Shown: piece after piece, positions 7,834-15,778 of the stretch
Layout of the letters: each line of letters opens with the position of its first letter
Position numbering within the stretch: the first letter of the stretch is position 1
Assembly: GCA_038046605.1 (NCBI GenBank)
Contig: JBBSVW010000079.1
Location: forward strand, 29,729-55,715
DNA length: 25,987 nt
Direction of reading: 5' to 3'
Origin: Candidatus Micrarchaeota archaeon
GTDB taxonomy: Archaea; Micrarchaeota; Micrarchaeia; Norongarragalinales; SBBD01
Program-made: the position numbers and the translations under genes
Notes under the pieces: model-generated
Told to the model about the DNA's origin: nothing
Database searches by the model: none
The model's input: only the letters and a program-made list of their open reading frames with translations

Positions 7834-9642
7834 ATGAAGAGCTCGGTTTTCCTAAACGGCAGGTTCATTGGCTTCCATGACGATGGCCGCAAGCTTGCGG
7901 GTGAGCTTCGCGACAAGCGGCGCAAGGGCGAACTTAGCCCCCATGCCAACATCTGCTTTTACGATAGGACAAACGAGCTATTTGTAAATACCGACGAAGG
8001 CAGGGCAAGAAGGCCACTTGTTGTAGCAAAGAATGGCAAAAGTGCAATCATTCCAGAGCATACCGAAAAGCTGCGCAATGGGCAACTCCAATGGAAGGAA
8101 CTTGTTTCAAAAGGATTAATCGAATACCTGGATGCCGAAGAGGAGGAAAACGCCTATGTTGCAATGCGCGAAGAGGACCTGAACCCCCAGCACACTCACA
8201 TTGAAGTTGATTCCACCTCGATGCTTGGCTATGTCTCAAACCAGATCCCATTCCTAGAGCACAACATGGCCCCCAGGGTCTTGATGGCTTCCCAGCACGC
8301 AAAGCAGGCCCTTGGCCTATACGCAGCAAACTTCAATTTGCGCGGCGAAACCCGCGGATATGTTTTATTCTACCCCCAGCGCCCAATTGTGCAAACCCGC
8401 ATTTACGAAAATCTAAAGAACTACAAGCGATGCGCCGGCCAGAATTTTGTCGTCGCGGTCCTTTCCTATTATGGCTTCAACATGAACGATGCTATTGTCC
8501 TCAACAAGAGCGCAGTAGATAGGACGCTTGGAAGATCCGCCTTTTTCCGCACCTATTCCGCTGAGGAACGCAGGTACCCTGGCGGGCAAAAGGATAAATT
8601 CGAAATCCCCCCGGAGTACGTTCAGGGCTACTTAGGTGAGGAAATTTACCAAAATATCGAGCCCGACGGGCTTATTTCCCCCGAGGTTTATGTGCCGGGC
8701 GATTCAGTCCTGATTGGAAAAAGCTCCCCCCCAAGATTCCTAAAGGAAATTTCCGCCCTGGATGTGGAGGTTGAAAAAAGGAGGGAGAGCTCCGTTACCG
8801 TCCGCAGCAATGAGGATGGGATAGTTGATTCCGTCATGGTTTCGGAAAGCAAGGCGGGGAACCGCTTTGTGAAAGTCCGTGTGCGCAAAACAAATGTCCC
8901 GGAAATTGGCGACAAATTTTCCTCAAGGTATGGGCAAAAAGGGATCGTTGCCCTGCTAGTCAACCAGGAGGATATGCCATTCACAAAGCAGGGAATTGTC
9001 CCGGATCTGATCATCAACCCCCATGCAATTCCCGGAAGAATGACTGCGGGCCATCTGCTTGAGATGCTTGGAGGCAAGGCTGCCTGCATGGAAGGCACAA
9101 TCCGTGATGGCACCAGCTTTACCGGGGATTCGCAGGATGATTACGAGGCAATCCTTAGCAGGTACGGCTTTGAGCCATCCGGCCACGAGATTTTATACGA
9201 TGGCTACACCGGGCAAATGATTGCGGCAAAAATATTCACCGGCGTCATCTATTACCAGCGGCTCCACCACCTAGTCGGCCTTAAGATCCATGCCAGGAGC
9301 AGGGGACCCGTGCAGATGCTAACACATCAGCCAACCGAAGGAAGGGCAAGGGAAGGGGGCTTGCGTCTTGGGGAGATGGAACGTGATTGCTTCATTGGCT
9401 TTGGCGCCAGTTCGCTTCTAAAGGAGAGGATGATTGAAAGCTCGGATAAAACCACCGAGCTGATATGCACCAAATGCGGCGCTTCGGGGGTTTTTGATAA
9501 GCTCAAGAACAAGTCATACTGCCCGCTTTGCGAAAGCACGAGCGTAGCGGAAGTCGAGATGAGCTATGCATTCAAGCTTCTCATGGATGAAATGAAATCC
9601 ATTGGCATCTTCCCAAAGATTAATTTGAAGGAAAAAGGTTAA
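7834..9642 (+). CDS. rpoB1: DNA-directed RNA polymerase subunit B' (Rpo2C)
   Basis: IEYLDAEEEE, GQNFVVA, GDKFSSRYGQKG, PDLIINPH, QPTEGRAREGGLRLGEMERD and a C-terminal zinc ribbon (CTKC..CPLC). RBS GGTGG upstream. Confidence 0.98.
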   Translation: MKSSVFLNGRFIGFHDDGRKLAGELRDKRRKGELSPHANICFYDRTNELFVNTDEGRARRPLVVAKNGKSAIIPEHTEKLRNGQLQWKELVSKGLIEYLDAEEEENAYVAMREEDLNPQHTHIEVDSTSMLGYVSNQIPFLEHNMAPRVLMASQHAKQALGLYAANFNLRGETRGYVLFYPQRPIVQTRIYENLKNYKRCAGQNFVVAVLSYYGFNMNDAIVLNKSAVDRTLGRSAFFRTYSAEERRYPGGQKDKFEIPPEYVQGYLGEEIYQNIEPDGLISPEVYVPGDSVLIGKSSPPRFLKEISALDVEVEKRRESSVTVRSNEDGIVDSVMVSESKAGNRFVKVRVRKTNVPEIGDKFSSRYGQKGIVALLVNQEDMPFTKQGIVPDLIINPHAIPGRMTAGHLLEMLGGKAACMEGTIRDGTSFTGDSQDDYEAILSRYGFEPSGHEILYDGYTGQMIAAKIFTGVIYYQRLHHLVGLKIHARSRGPVQMLTHQPTEGRAREGGLRLGEMERDCFIGFGASSLLKERMIESSDKTTELICTKCGASGVFDKLKNKSYCPLCESTSVAEVEMSYAFKLLMDEMKSIGIFPKINLKEKG

Positions 9643-9803
9643 TGAAAAAGGAAATTAATAGTGAAAATAAGGGGGAGGCGGCGACCGTGAAGCATCAGCC
9701 TTCGCGGCTCAGCAGACTATAAAGTCTGCGTGGCACGTGGTGGGGGATATCCCCCATTGGGTGTCAAATCTTCCCAAAGATTAATTTGAAGGAGAAGGGC
9801 TAA
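9607..9803 (+). repeat. 36-bp direct repeat of the rpoB' 3' end (9607-9642 and 9768-9803) flanking a 125-bp insert
   Basis: ATCTTCCCAAAGATTAATTTGAAGGAAAAAGGTTAA versus ATCTTCCCAAAGATTAATTTGAAGGAGAAGGGCTAA; 33/36 identical, and both encode IFPKINLKEKG*. Confidence 0.95.
9668..9768. repeat. Hairpin-rich element, copy 2 (related to 5784-5845)
   Basis: TAAGGGGG..GGCGAC, stem-loops at 9685-9707 and 9712-9729, a perfect 16-bp palindrome TGGGGGATATCCCCCA at 9741-9756, and a terminal GGGTGTCAAA. Confidence 0.65.
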
Positions 9804-9935
9804 AGCAAAAAAGCAATTAGCATTAAAATTTCGGAATGGAATTTTTCCGGAATGCATCTTTATTTTTTAATATTTTTTTTAATTGGATTGTTCCGCATTT
9901 GAAGGGCAATTTAATATTTCAAAGGTTTGATAAGC

Positions 9936-12900
9936 ATGAAAGTAATCGAAAGCATTGAATTTTCCGTCTTCTCCCCGGACAATGTGCGCAAGCTCTCATC
10001 CGCCAAGATCACCGTTCCAGACACTTATGATGAGGATGGCTATCCTATCGCCGGGGGCCTTGCGGACCAGCACCTTGGCGTCATCGACCCTGGCCTTAAG
10101 TGCAAGACATGCGGGGGCAGGATGAAGAGCTGCTCGGGCCATTTTGGCCACATCGAACTTGTGCGCCCCGTAATCCATGTGGGATTTGCAAAGATGATCT
10201 ACCAGCTTTTGAAGGCAACCTGCAACAGGTGCGGAAAGCTCCTTCTTGAAATCGATTCGCTTGACAAGGCAAAAAAAGTCGCCGAATGCCCGCACTGCGG
10301 CGAGAAGCAAAAGGTAATCAAGTTCATCCGCCCAATTTCCCTCTACGAAGAGGAGCGAAAGCTATTGCCATCCGAAATCCGTGAGCGCATCGAGCGAATC
10401 CCGGATGAGGCCTTAAATCAGCTCCACGTCGCATTCAGGCCGGAGTGGATTGTCCTAACCGTCCTTCTTGTCCCTCCCGTATCCGTCCGCCCCTCCATCA
10501 CATTGGAAACCGGCGAAAGAAGCGAGGATGACCTGACGCATAAACTAGTGGATATCATCCGCATCAACCAGCGCCTTGCGGAAAACATCGATGCCGGCGC
10601 GCCGCAACTTATCATTGAGGATTTGTGGGAGCTTTTGCAATACCATGTGGTGACTTATTATGATAACGAAACTGCCGGGATTCCCCCTGCAAGGCACAGG
10701 TCCGGAAGGCAGCTAAAAACGCTCTTCCAACGCCTTAAAGGAAAGGAGGGGCGCTTCAGGTACAACTTGTCCGGAAAGCGTGTCAACTTCTCTGCAAGGA
10801 CTGTCATCTCGCCCGATCCATCCCTTGGAATCAACGAACTGGGAATTCCTGAGAGCATAGCAGCAGAACTCACCCTTCCTCTTACGGTAAACGAGTGGAA
10901 CATGGAGTATGTCAAGGACCTGATTGCAACCCACACCGAAAAAATAAATTATGTCATCAGGCCAGATGGCAGGCGCAAGCGCGTAACAAAAGCCAACCTG
11001 GAAGAAGTCCTTGGGGAAATCGCAACCGGCTACACCCTCGAGCGGCAGCTGATGGATGGCGATACCGTGATTTTCAACAGGCAGCCATCCCTTCACCGTG
11101 TTAGCATGATGTGCCATAGCGCAAAAATCCTCCCGGGCAAGACATTTAGGTTCAACGTTGCAGATTGCCGGCCCTACAATGCCGATTTCGACGGGGATGA
11201 AATGAACCTGCACGTGCCGCAAAATGAGGAGGCGCAGGCGGAGGCCGAAATTTTGATGAAGGTGCACGACCAGATACTATCCCCGAGGAATGGCGAACCA
11301 ATAATTTCAGCTGATTTGGACCAAATCTCAGGCCTATACCTCATGACACTTCCGGGAATCAAATTCACCAGGACGGAGGCATGCGAGCTTTTGCAATCCG
11401 GCGATATCGTTGCCAATGTGAAGGAAGGCCTAACCGGGCATGAAATGTTTTCCATGCTGCTTCCGGATGATTTTGCATTCCAGTTCACAAACAAGGTCAA
11501 GGAGCTTGTGGAAATCAAGAAGGGCAAGCTTATTTCGGGGCACATCGACAGCAAAACCAATGATGCAATCACCCGCGAGATCTTTTTGAAATATGGTGCG
11601 CAGCCAACGCAAAAATTCATTGACGCTTCCACAAAGATGTCGCTAAAAGTGCTTGCAATCTACGGCCTTTCCCTTTCGCTTGCGGACTACGAGCTCCCAA
11701 TCGAGGCGAAGAATGAAATCCGCGGCGTCGTAAAGGAAAGCCGCGGCCTGCAAAAGATCGTGATCAACCAATTAAAGGAAGGGCGGCTTTTACGCCAGCC
11801 CGGAAAAACACTTAAGGATACCTTCGAGGAGAAGATGATGAACATCCTTGAGGAAACCAGGGAGAAGTGCGGAAAAATCATCCTGCACTACGTGCACAAG
11901 CAAAAGGTGTATTTTGGAGGGATTGAAATCCATCACAATCCCGCAATCATGATGAGCAAGGCGGGAGCCAAGGGAAAACTCCTCAATGTCGTCCAAATGG
12001 CGGCGCTTGTAGGGCAGCAGGCCATCCGTGGAAAGCGCATGACTGCTGGCTATTCCAACCGCATCCTGTCGCATTTCCGAAAAGGGGACCTATCCGCGTA
12101 TGCAAAGGGCTTTGTTTCAAACAATTACAAACTGGGCATGGACACGGTCGAATATTTCTTCCATGCGGCAGGAGGAAGGGACTCCGTCGTTGACAAGGGA
12201 GTCAACCCCGCAAAGACAGGTTACATGCAAAGAAGGCTAATTAACGCCCTGCAGGACCTGATTGTGAGGGAGGATATTTCCGTTCGTGACGCCGAGGGCA
12301 ACATCGCCCAATTTTTCTATGGCGGCGATGGGCTTGACGCTTCCGGAAAGCCAATAACTTATGGCGAACCGGTGGGGGTTATTGCAGCCCAAAGCATCGG
12401 CGAACCTGGAACACAAATGACGCTCCGGACATTCCACTACGCTGGGGTTGCCTCGCTTGCGCAGCTTGGATTTACCCGGCTTGTCGAGATCGTGGACGCC
12501 CGGAAATCCCCAAAGAGCCCAGTCATGGACATTGTCCTGAAGGCGCAGTACTCGAAGGATTACAAGAAGGTTGCGCACATTGCCGCGAGCATCGAGCAAA
12601 TCCCGCTAAACAAGATCGCATCGATCAAGGAGGATTTTGAAAACAAGCGCATAAAGATAATTCTTGATAAGGAGAAGATGAAGCAGCTATCGGTAGATGA
12701 TGAGGAAATACTAAAGGCGATCAAGACCGTTGCGGAATATGAGAAACGCGGTGATACCGTGATGGTCATCCCCAAGCAAGATACCCTAAAAATCGTGCGC
12801 AAGACAACAACCAAGCTTTCCGAAATCATCCTCAAGGGAATTGCCGGCATCAACCGCGCAATCATCATTAACCAGCCTGATGGCACGTTCACGATTGCAA

Positions 12901-13328
12901 CCGAAGGGACGAACCTTGAACAAGTGCTCCAAATCCCCGAAGTCGAGGCCAGCAGGACGACATCAAATGACATAATGGAGGTAAACCGCGTGCTTGGGAT
13001 TGAGGCCGGCCGCAATTCAATTGTTGCCGAGATCGAAAAGGTCCTAAAAGCGCAGGAGCTAAAAGTTGATCACCGCCATATTGCACTAATTGCCGATGTC
13101 ATGAGCTACAAGGGCGAAATCAAGAGCATTGGTAGGCACGGGCTTGCAGGAGAGAAGGCATCCGTCCTTGCGCGCGCCGCATTCGAGGAGACCGCAAAGC
13201 ACCTGATAAGCGCCTGCATTGCCGGCGAAAAGGACGAACTGCGCGGAATCACCGAGAACATCATCATCGGCCAGACGATCCCCTGTGGAACGGGGCTTGT
13301 GAAGGTTGTGATGAAAGCGCAGGATTAA
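9936..13328 (+). CDS. rpo1: DNA-directed RNA polymerase largest subunit, A' and A'' fused (Rpo1N+Rpo1C), about 1130 aa
   Basis: CSGHFGHIEL, RLKGKEGRFRYNLSGKRVNFSARTVI, NRQPSLHR, catalytic NADFDGD (11178-11198) and GYMQRRL. In the same frame follow the A'' motifs GEPVGVIAAQSIGEPGTQMTLRTFH, SVLARAAFE and ENIIIGQ..PCGTG. ATG 9936 is preferred over TTG 9927. Confidence 0.97.
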   Translation: MKVIESIEFSVFSPDNVRKLSSAKITVPDTYDEDGYPIAGGLADQHLGVIDPGLKCKTCGGRMKSCSGHFGHIELVRPVIHVGFAKMIYQLLKATCNRCGKLLLEIDSLDKAKKVAECPHCGEKQKVIKFIRPISLYEEERKLLPSEIRERIERIPDEALNQLHVAFRPEWIVLTVLLVPPVSVRPSITLETGERSEDDLTHKLVDIIRINQRLAENIDAGAPQLIIEDLWELLQYHVVTYYDNETAGIPPARHRSGRQLKTLFQRLKGKEGRFRYNLSGKRVNFSARTVISPDPSLGINELGIPESIAAELTLPLTVNEWNMEYVKDLIATHTEKINYVIRPDGRRKRVTKANLEEVLGEIATGYTLERQLMDGDTVIFNRQPSLHRVSMMCHSAKILPGKTFRFNVADCRPYNADFDGDEMNLHVPQNEEAQAEAEILMKVHDQILSPRNGEPIISADLDQISGLYLMTLPGIKFTRTEACELLQSGDIVANVKEGLTGHEMFSMLLPDDFAFQFTNKVKELVEIKKGKLISGHIDSKTNDAITREIFLKYGAQPTQKFIDASTKMSLKVLAIYGLSLSLADYELPIEAKNEIRGVVKESRGLQKIVINQLKEGRLLRQPGKTLKDTFEEKMMNILEETREKCGKIILHYVHKQKVYFGGIEIHHNPAIMMSKAGAKGKLLNVVQMAALVGQQAIRGKRMTAGYSNRILSHFRKGDLSAYAKGFVSNNYKLGMDTVEYFFHAAGGRDSVVDKGVNPAKTGYMQRRLINALQDLIVREDISVRDAEGNIAQFFYGGDGLDASGKPITYGEPVGVIAAQSIGEPGTQMTLRTFHYAGVASLAQLGFTRLVEIVDARKSPKSPVMDIVLKAQYSKDYKKVAHIAASIEQIPLNKIASIKEDFENKRIKIILDKEKMKQLSVDDEEILKAIKTVAEYEKRGDTVMVIPKQDTLKIVRKTTTKLSEIILKGIAGINRAIIINQPDGTFTIATEGTNLEQVLQIPEVEASRTTSNDIMEVNRVLGIEAGRNSIVAEIEKVLKAQELKVDHRHIALIADVMSYKGEIKSIGRHGLAGEKASVLARAAFEETAKHLISACIAGEKDELRGITENIIIGQTIPCGTGLVKVVMKAQD

Positions 13329-13337
13329 TTGACAAAC

Positions 13338-13364
13338 CCTTCTGTTTTTCTCTTTTTTTATTTT
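13338..13364 (+). terminator. Oligo-T intrinsic terminator after the RNAP cluster
   Basis: T-tracts (TTTTTCTCTTTTTTTATTTT) immediately after the rpoA stop, between convergent genes. Confidence 0.55.
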
Positions 13365-13981
13365 CACTCCCTATTATAGCGCCTCAAAACCAATTCGTTA
13401 TTTCTCCGATGGAGAACGCCAAAACCGATGCTAGCAAGCTCCTTTGTTTGGTTAGGAATTTCCTCATTTTCATAAACCACATGAATTGCAAGCCCACCTT
13501 TATTCAACTGCGCAAAAACCGCCCTATGGATCTGCGAGGAGGTTTTTGCATAAGCCCTCCATCTGAGCCTATCCAGTAATAGCCCCTCACTAATACTTAA
13601 GAAGATCCGGTCCAGACCATGTTTTTTGATTATACGCCCAAACCTACCGGCTCCAAGGCCTTGGGGGCTCATAGTTGCATTGGATACCACGAAATCAAAT
13701 TTCTGGTCGCCAAAATGCTCGCGAAGGTGCATGGCATTTCCGGCTATAAGCCGCCCCTCCTTTACAGCCTCAAGCGAATCCGCGAATTTTTTGCCGCTCA
13801 TATTAATGCCATACGCGTCCATTCCAAGCTTTGTCAAAAGATGGCTGGTTAGATGGCCCACGTTATCGCCAATTACGAGTATGCGTTTGCCTTTCAGGTC
13901 CCCCTTGGAATATATCCGAAGTAATTCCAAAAGACGCTCATGGCCAGGCAGGTCCAATTTAATCCACCCGAATTCTTCCAT
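13364..13981 (-). CDS. Divergent class I SAM-dependent methyltransferase-like protein
   Basis: Rossmann-type order of elements: KRILVIGDNVGHL (degenerate motif I), DAYGINMS, IAGNAMHL, KFDFVVSN and QLNKGGLAI. Start uncertain (ATG 13981 or TTG 13999). Confidence 0.6.
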   Translation of the reverse strand: MEEFGWIKLDLPGHERLLELLRIYSKGDLKGKRILVIGDNVGHLTSHLLTKLGMDAYGINMSGKKFADSLEAVKEGRLIAGNAMHLREHFGDQKFDFVVSNATMSPQGLGAGRFGRIIKKHGLDRIFLSISEGLLLDRLRWRAYAKTSSQIHRAVFAQLNKGGLAIHVVYENEEIPNQTKELASIGFGVLHRRNNELVLRRYNRE

Positions 13982-14198
13982 TCTTGAAAAAATTATCAAT
14001 TGAAATAGACGAATGCAGGGTTAAATATTCGAATGTACCGGCAGATTTAATGGCTGCCGAGGAAATTGGGTTTGAGATTGTTGACAAATGCGCTGGAGCA
14101 GCTAATTGAAAATCAACCTTTTGCTCGAAGTTTTGTCAACCAAACATAGTTATGGGGGTTCGTGGCTGGAATAATGGAAAGCAACCAAAACAAACAAT

Positions 14199-14236
14199 TA
14201 TATATTTGTGATATATTAAGTATATATTGGTGATAT
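14199..14236 (+). promoter_or_regulatory. Promoter/operator of TA pair 1: 16-bp direct repeat
   Basis: TATATATTTGTGATAT (14199-14214) and TATATATTGGTGATAT (14221-14236), one mismatch, 22-bp period; overlaps the TATA box and the GGTGA RBS. Confidence 0.55.
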
Positions 14237-14237
14237 C

Positions 14238-14480
14238 ATGAATACAGATTTCACAGTCAGGCTTCGGGGAAATAGCGCCCAATTACTCAAGGAAATGATC
14301 GACCTTGGCTACTGCGAATCAAAAACAGAGGCGGTCAGGACAGCCCTTCTAAGGTATGGGATGGAGCTGGGGTTAGTTAATGGAACAAAAATGCTTGAAG
14401 ACGTGCAGGAAGCAATCAAAAAATCAGGTAAAAAATATTCAGAAGAGGAGGTCGGGAGGCACATTGAGGCTGCCAGATGA
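14238..14480 (+). CDS. Ribbon-helix-helix (CopG-like) antitoxin
   Basis: N-terminal beta strand followed by LLKEMIDLGYCESKTEAVRTAL (RHH pattern G..S.SEA.R.A). RBS GGTGA; directly upstream of a PIN gene. Confidence 0.75.
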   Translation: MNTDFTVRLRGNSAQLLKEMIDLGYCESKTEAVRTALLRYGMELGLVNGTKMLEDVQEAIKKSGKKYSEEEVGRHIEAAR

Positions 14481-14481
14481 C

Positions 14482-14904
14482 ATGGAGAGGGTTTTTGTTG
14501 ATACGAGCGTCCTGATATGGGCATTTAATTATCCGGAAAGCAATTCCGCGACGATTGTGAAAATGATCACCAAGCGTAAGCTTCATGGGATTACAAGCCA
14601 GAAGGCAATTGAGGAAATGGAACTGGTATTGACCGGAGAATACGATTCATCAATATTTTACAAGGCCAAAAAGCAGGTGCTTTATTTTTTTCAAGTCATT
14701 CCCCGGGAAAGGATCAGTGGCGAAATGGAAAAATGGAGGGGGAAAATCAAGGAAAAGGATTTGGAACATCTGGCAACCGCCAAAGCCCTTGGAATTAGGG
14801 TATTGCTTGCCGTGGATAGGGATTTTGAGCCATTTCAAGAATATATGACACCAAAGGAATTCCTGAAAGCGAGGGGGTTTGAGGCAAACGAAACGGATTA
14901 TTGA
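14482..14904 (+). CDS. vapC: PIN-domain (VapC-like) toxin
   Basis: RVFVDTSVLI, EE, KDLEHLATA and AVDRDF supply the PIN acidic residues. Start placed at ATG 14482, 1 bp after the antitoxin stop. Confidence 0.85.
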   Translation: MERVFVDTSVLIWAFNYPESNSATIVKMITKRKLHGITSQKAIEEMELVLTGEYDSSIFYKAKKQVLYFFQVIPRERISGEMEKWRGKIKEKDLEHLATAKALGIRVLLAVDRDFEPFQEYMTPKEFLKARGFEANETDY

Positions 14905-14973
14905 ATTGGTTTTGTGTTGGGGTTTAGAGGTAAAAGGAGCAATTAAGATGGGGATTTTGGGTAACCTGCGCGA

Positions 14974-15351
14974 TCAGATCATCTCCACATCCTTTTTCCC
15001 CACAAAATGCCTATCTCCGGTAACTAATTTCAGGCCGTTCGCAAGCGCAGTTGCGTAGATCATGGAATCAACCATCCCAAAATCCTTCATCTCCTTCTTA
15101 TATTGGATATGCAGCTCGCCGGCAAGTTTTGCAATGTCCTCCCGAAATTCGAGGATAGCGGATAATCGCTTCACATTTTCAATTATGAGGCTCGGATCGC
15201 GATTATTCCGGATAGCCCAGCTTGTTAGTTCCGAAATTGTTGCCATTGCTGTTGCGGCGGTTTCCGCATTGATCAGATTGGCAACTCTCCTGCCCGCCTC
15301 TGTATCGTTGAATAGCTCAACCCACGAATAAGTGTCAAACAGCATTTGCAT
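14974..15351 (-). CDS. vapC: PIN-domain VapC toxin
   Basis: LFDTYSWVE, ISEL, GMVDSMIYATA and LVTGDRHF motifs. Confidence 0.92.
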   Translation of the reverse strand: MQMLFDTYSWVELFNDTEAGRRVANLINAETAATAMATISELTSWAIRNNRDPSLIIENVKRLSAILEFREDIAKLAGELHIQYKKEMKDFGMVDSMIYATALANGLKLVTGDRHFVGKKDVEMI

Positions 15352-15357
15352 ACCGCC

Positions 15358-15564
15358 TCAATCCCTATGGTCGTGCTCTCTGACAAAGGGTGAAGCTCCC
15401 CTTGTCAAGCCAAGCAGGGACCTGGCATCAATCTTCCTTTCCCTTAACACGCTTAGCTTGATGGAATCCCCTTTCTTGAGTTTTTCGCTTTTCACAAGAG
15501 CTCCTGGCAAAATTACCCCCAAAGCATTCCCCACTTGCCTCACCTTGACCTCCACCATTTCCAT
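15358..15564 (-). CDS. AbrB/MazE/SpoVT-family antitoxin
   Basis: VKVRQVGNALGVILPGALVKSEKLKKGDSIKL swapped-hairpin signature, upstream of vapC. Start chosen by spacing to the GGTGA RBS (alternatives 15558, 15570, 15573). Confidence 0.88.
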   Translation of the reverse strand: MEMVEVKVRQVGNALGVILPGALVKSEKLKKGDSIKLSVLRERKIDARSLLGLTRGASPFVREHDHRD

Positions 15565-15574
15565 TCCCATCACC

Positions 15575-15607
15575 TTAGTTATAATTAGTTATAACTAATA
15601 TTTAAGG
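15575..15607 (-). promoter_or_regulatory. Operator and TATA box of TA pair 2
   Basis: Perfect 16-bp palindrome ATTAGTTATAACTAAT (15584-15599) with a tandem TTAGTTATAA copy (15575-15584), adjacent to CTTAAA on the minus strand. Confidence 0.6.
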
Positions 15608-15778
15608 ATTTGGTTTTATCATTGTTAAAACTTGCAGGGCGGCGCAATATTAAGATTTGGTTGATTTGAAAGCAACTTTTGGTTTATTGATGGGAATTAT
15701 TGGTAGGATTATGCGTAATCTCCGGTGGAAATGACTCTCAGATCAAATTAGCTGGAGTGCAGGTAGGTACCTAATTCA

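Noticed and set aside
6151-13328. Inteins or introns in the RNAP subunits
   Set aside because: The subunits are normal length or shorter, with no intein splice motifs or homing-endonuclease inserts.
148-13367. Numerous antisense and alternative-frame ORFs of 60-200 aa overlapping the giant ORF and RNAP genes
   Set aside because: They are shadows of long genuine genes, with no motifs or independent RBS/promoter.
14038-14140. Inverted repeats CGGCAG/CTGCCG and GTTGACAAA/TTTGTCAAC as ends of a mobile element
   Set aside because: Short, with no target duplication or second copy; compatible with chance or a regulator site.
14380-14481. N-terminal extensions of the PIN ORFs in the ORF track (also 16193-16231)
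   Set aside because: They overlap the antitoxin genes; PIN domains begin a few residues before the DT motif, which supports the later ATGs.
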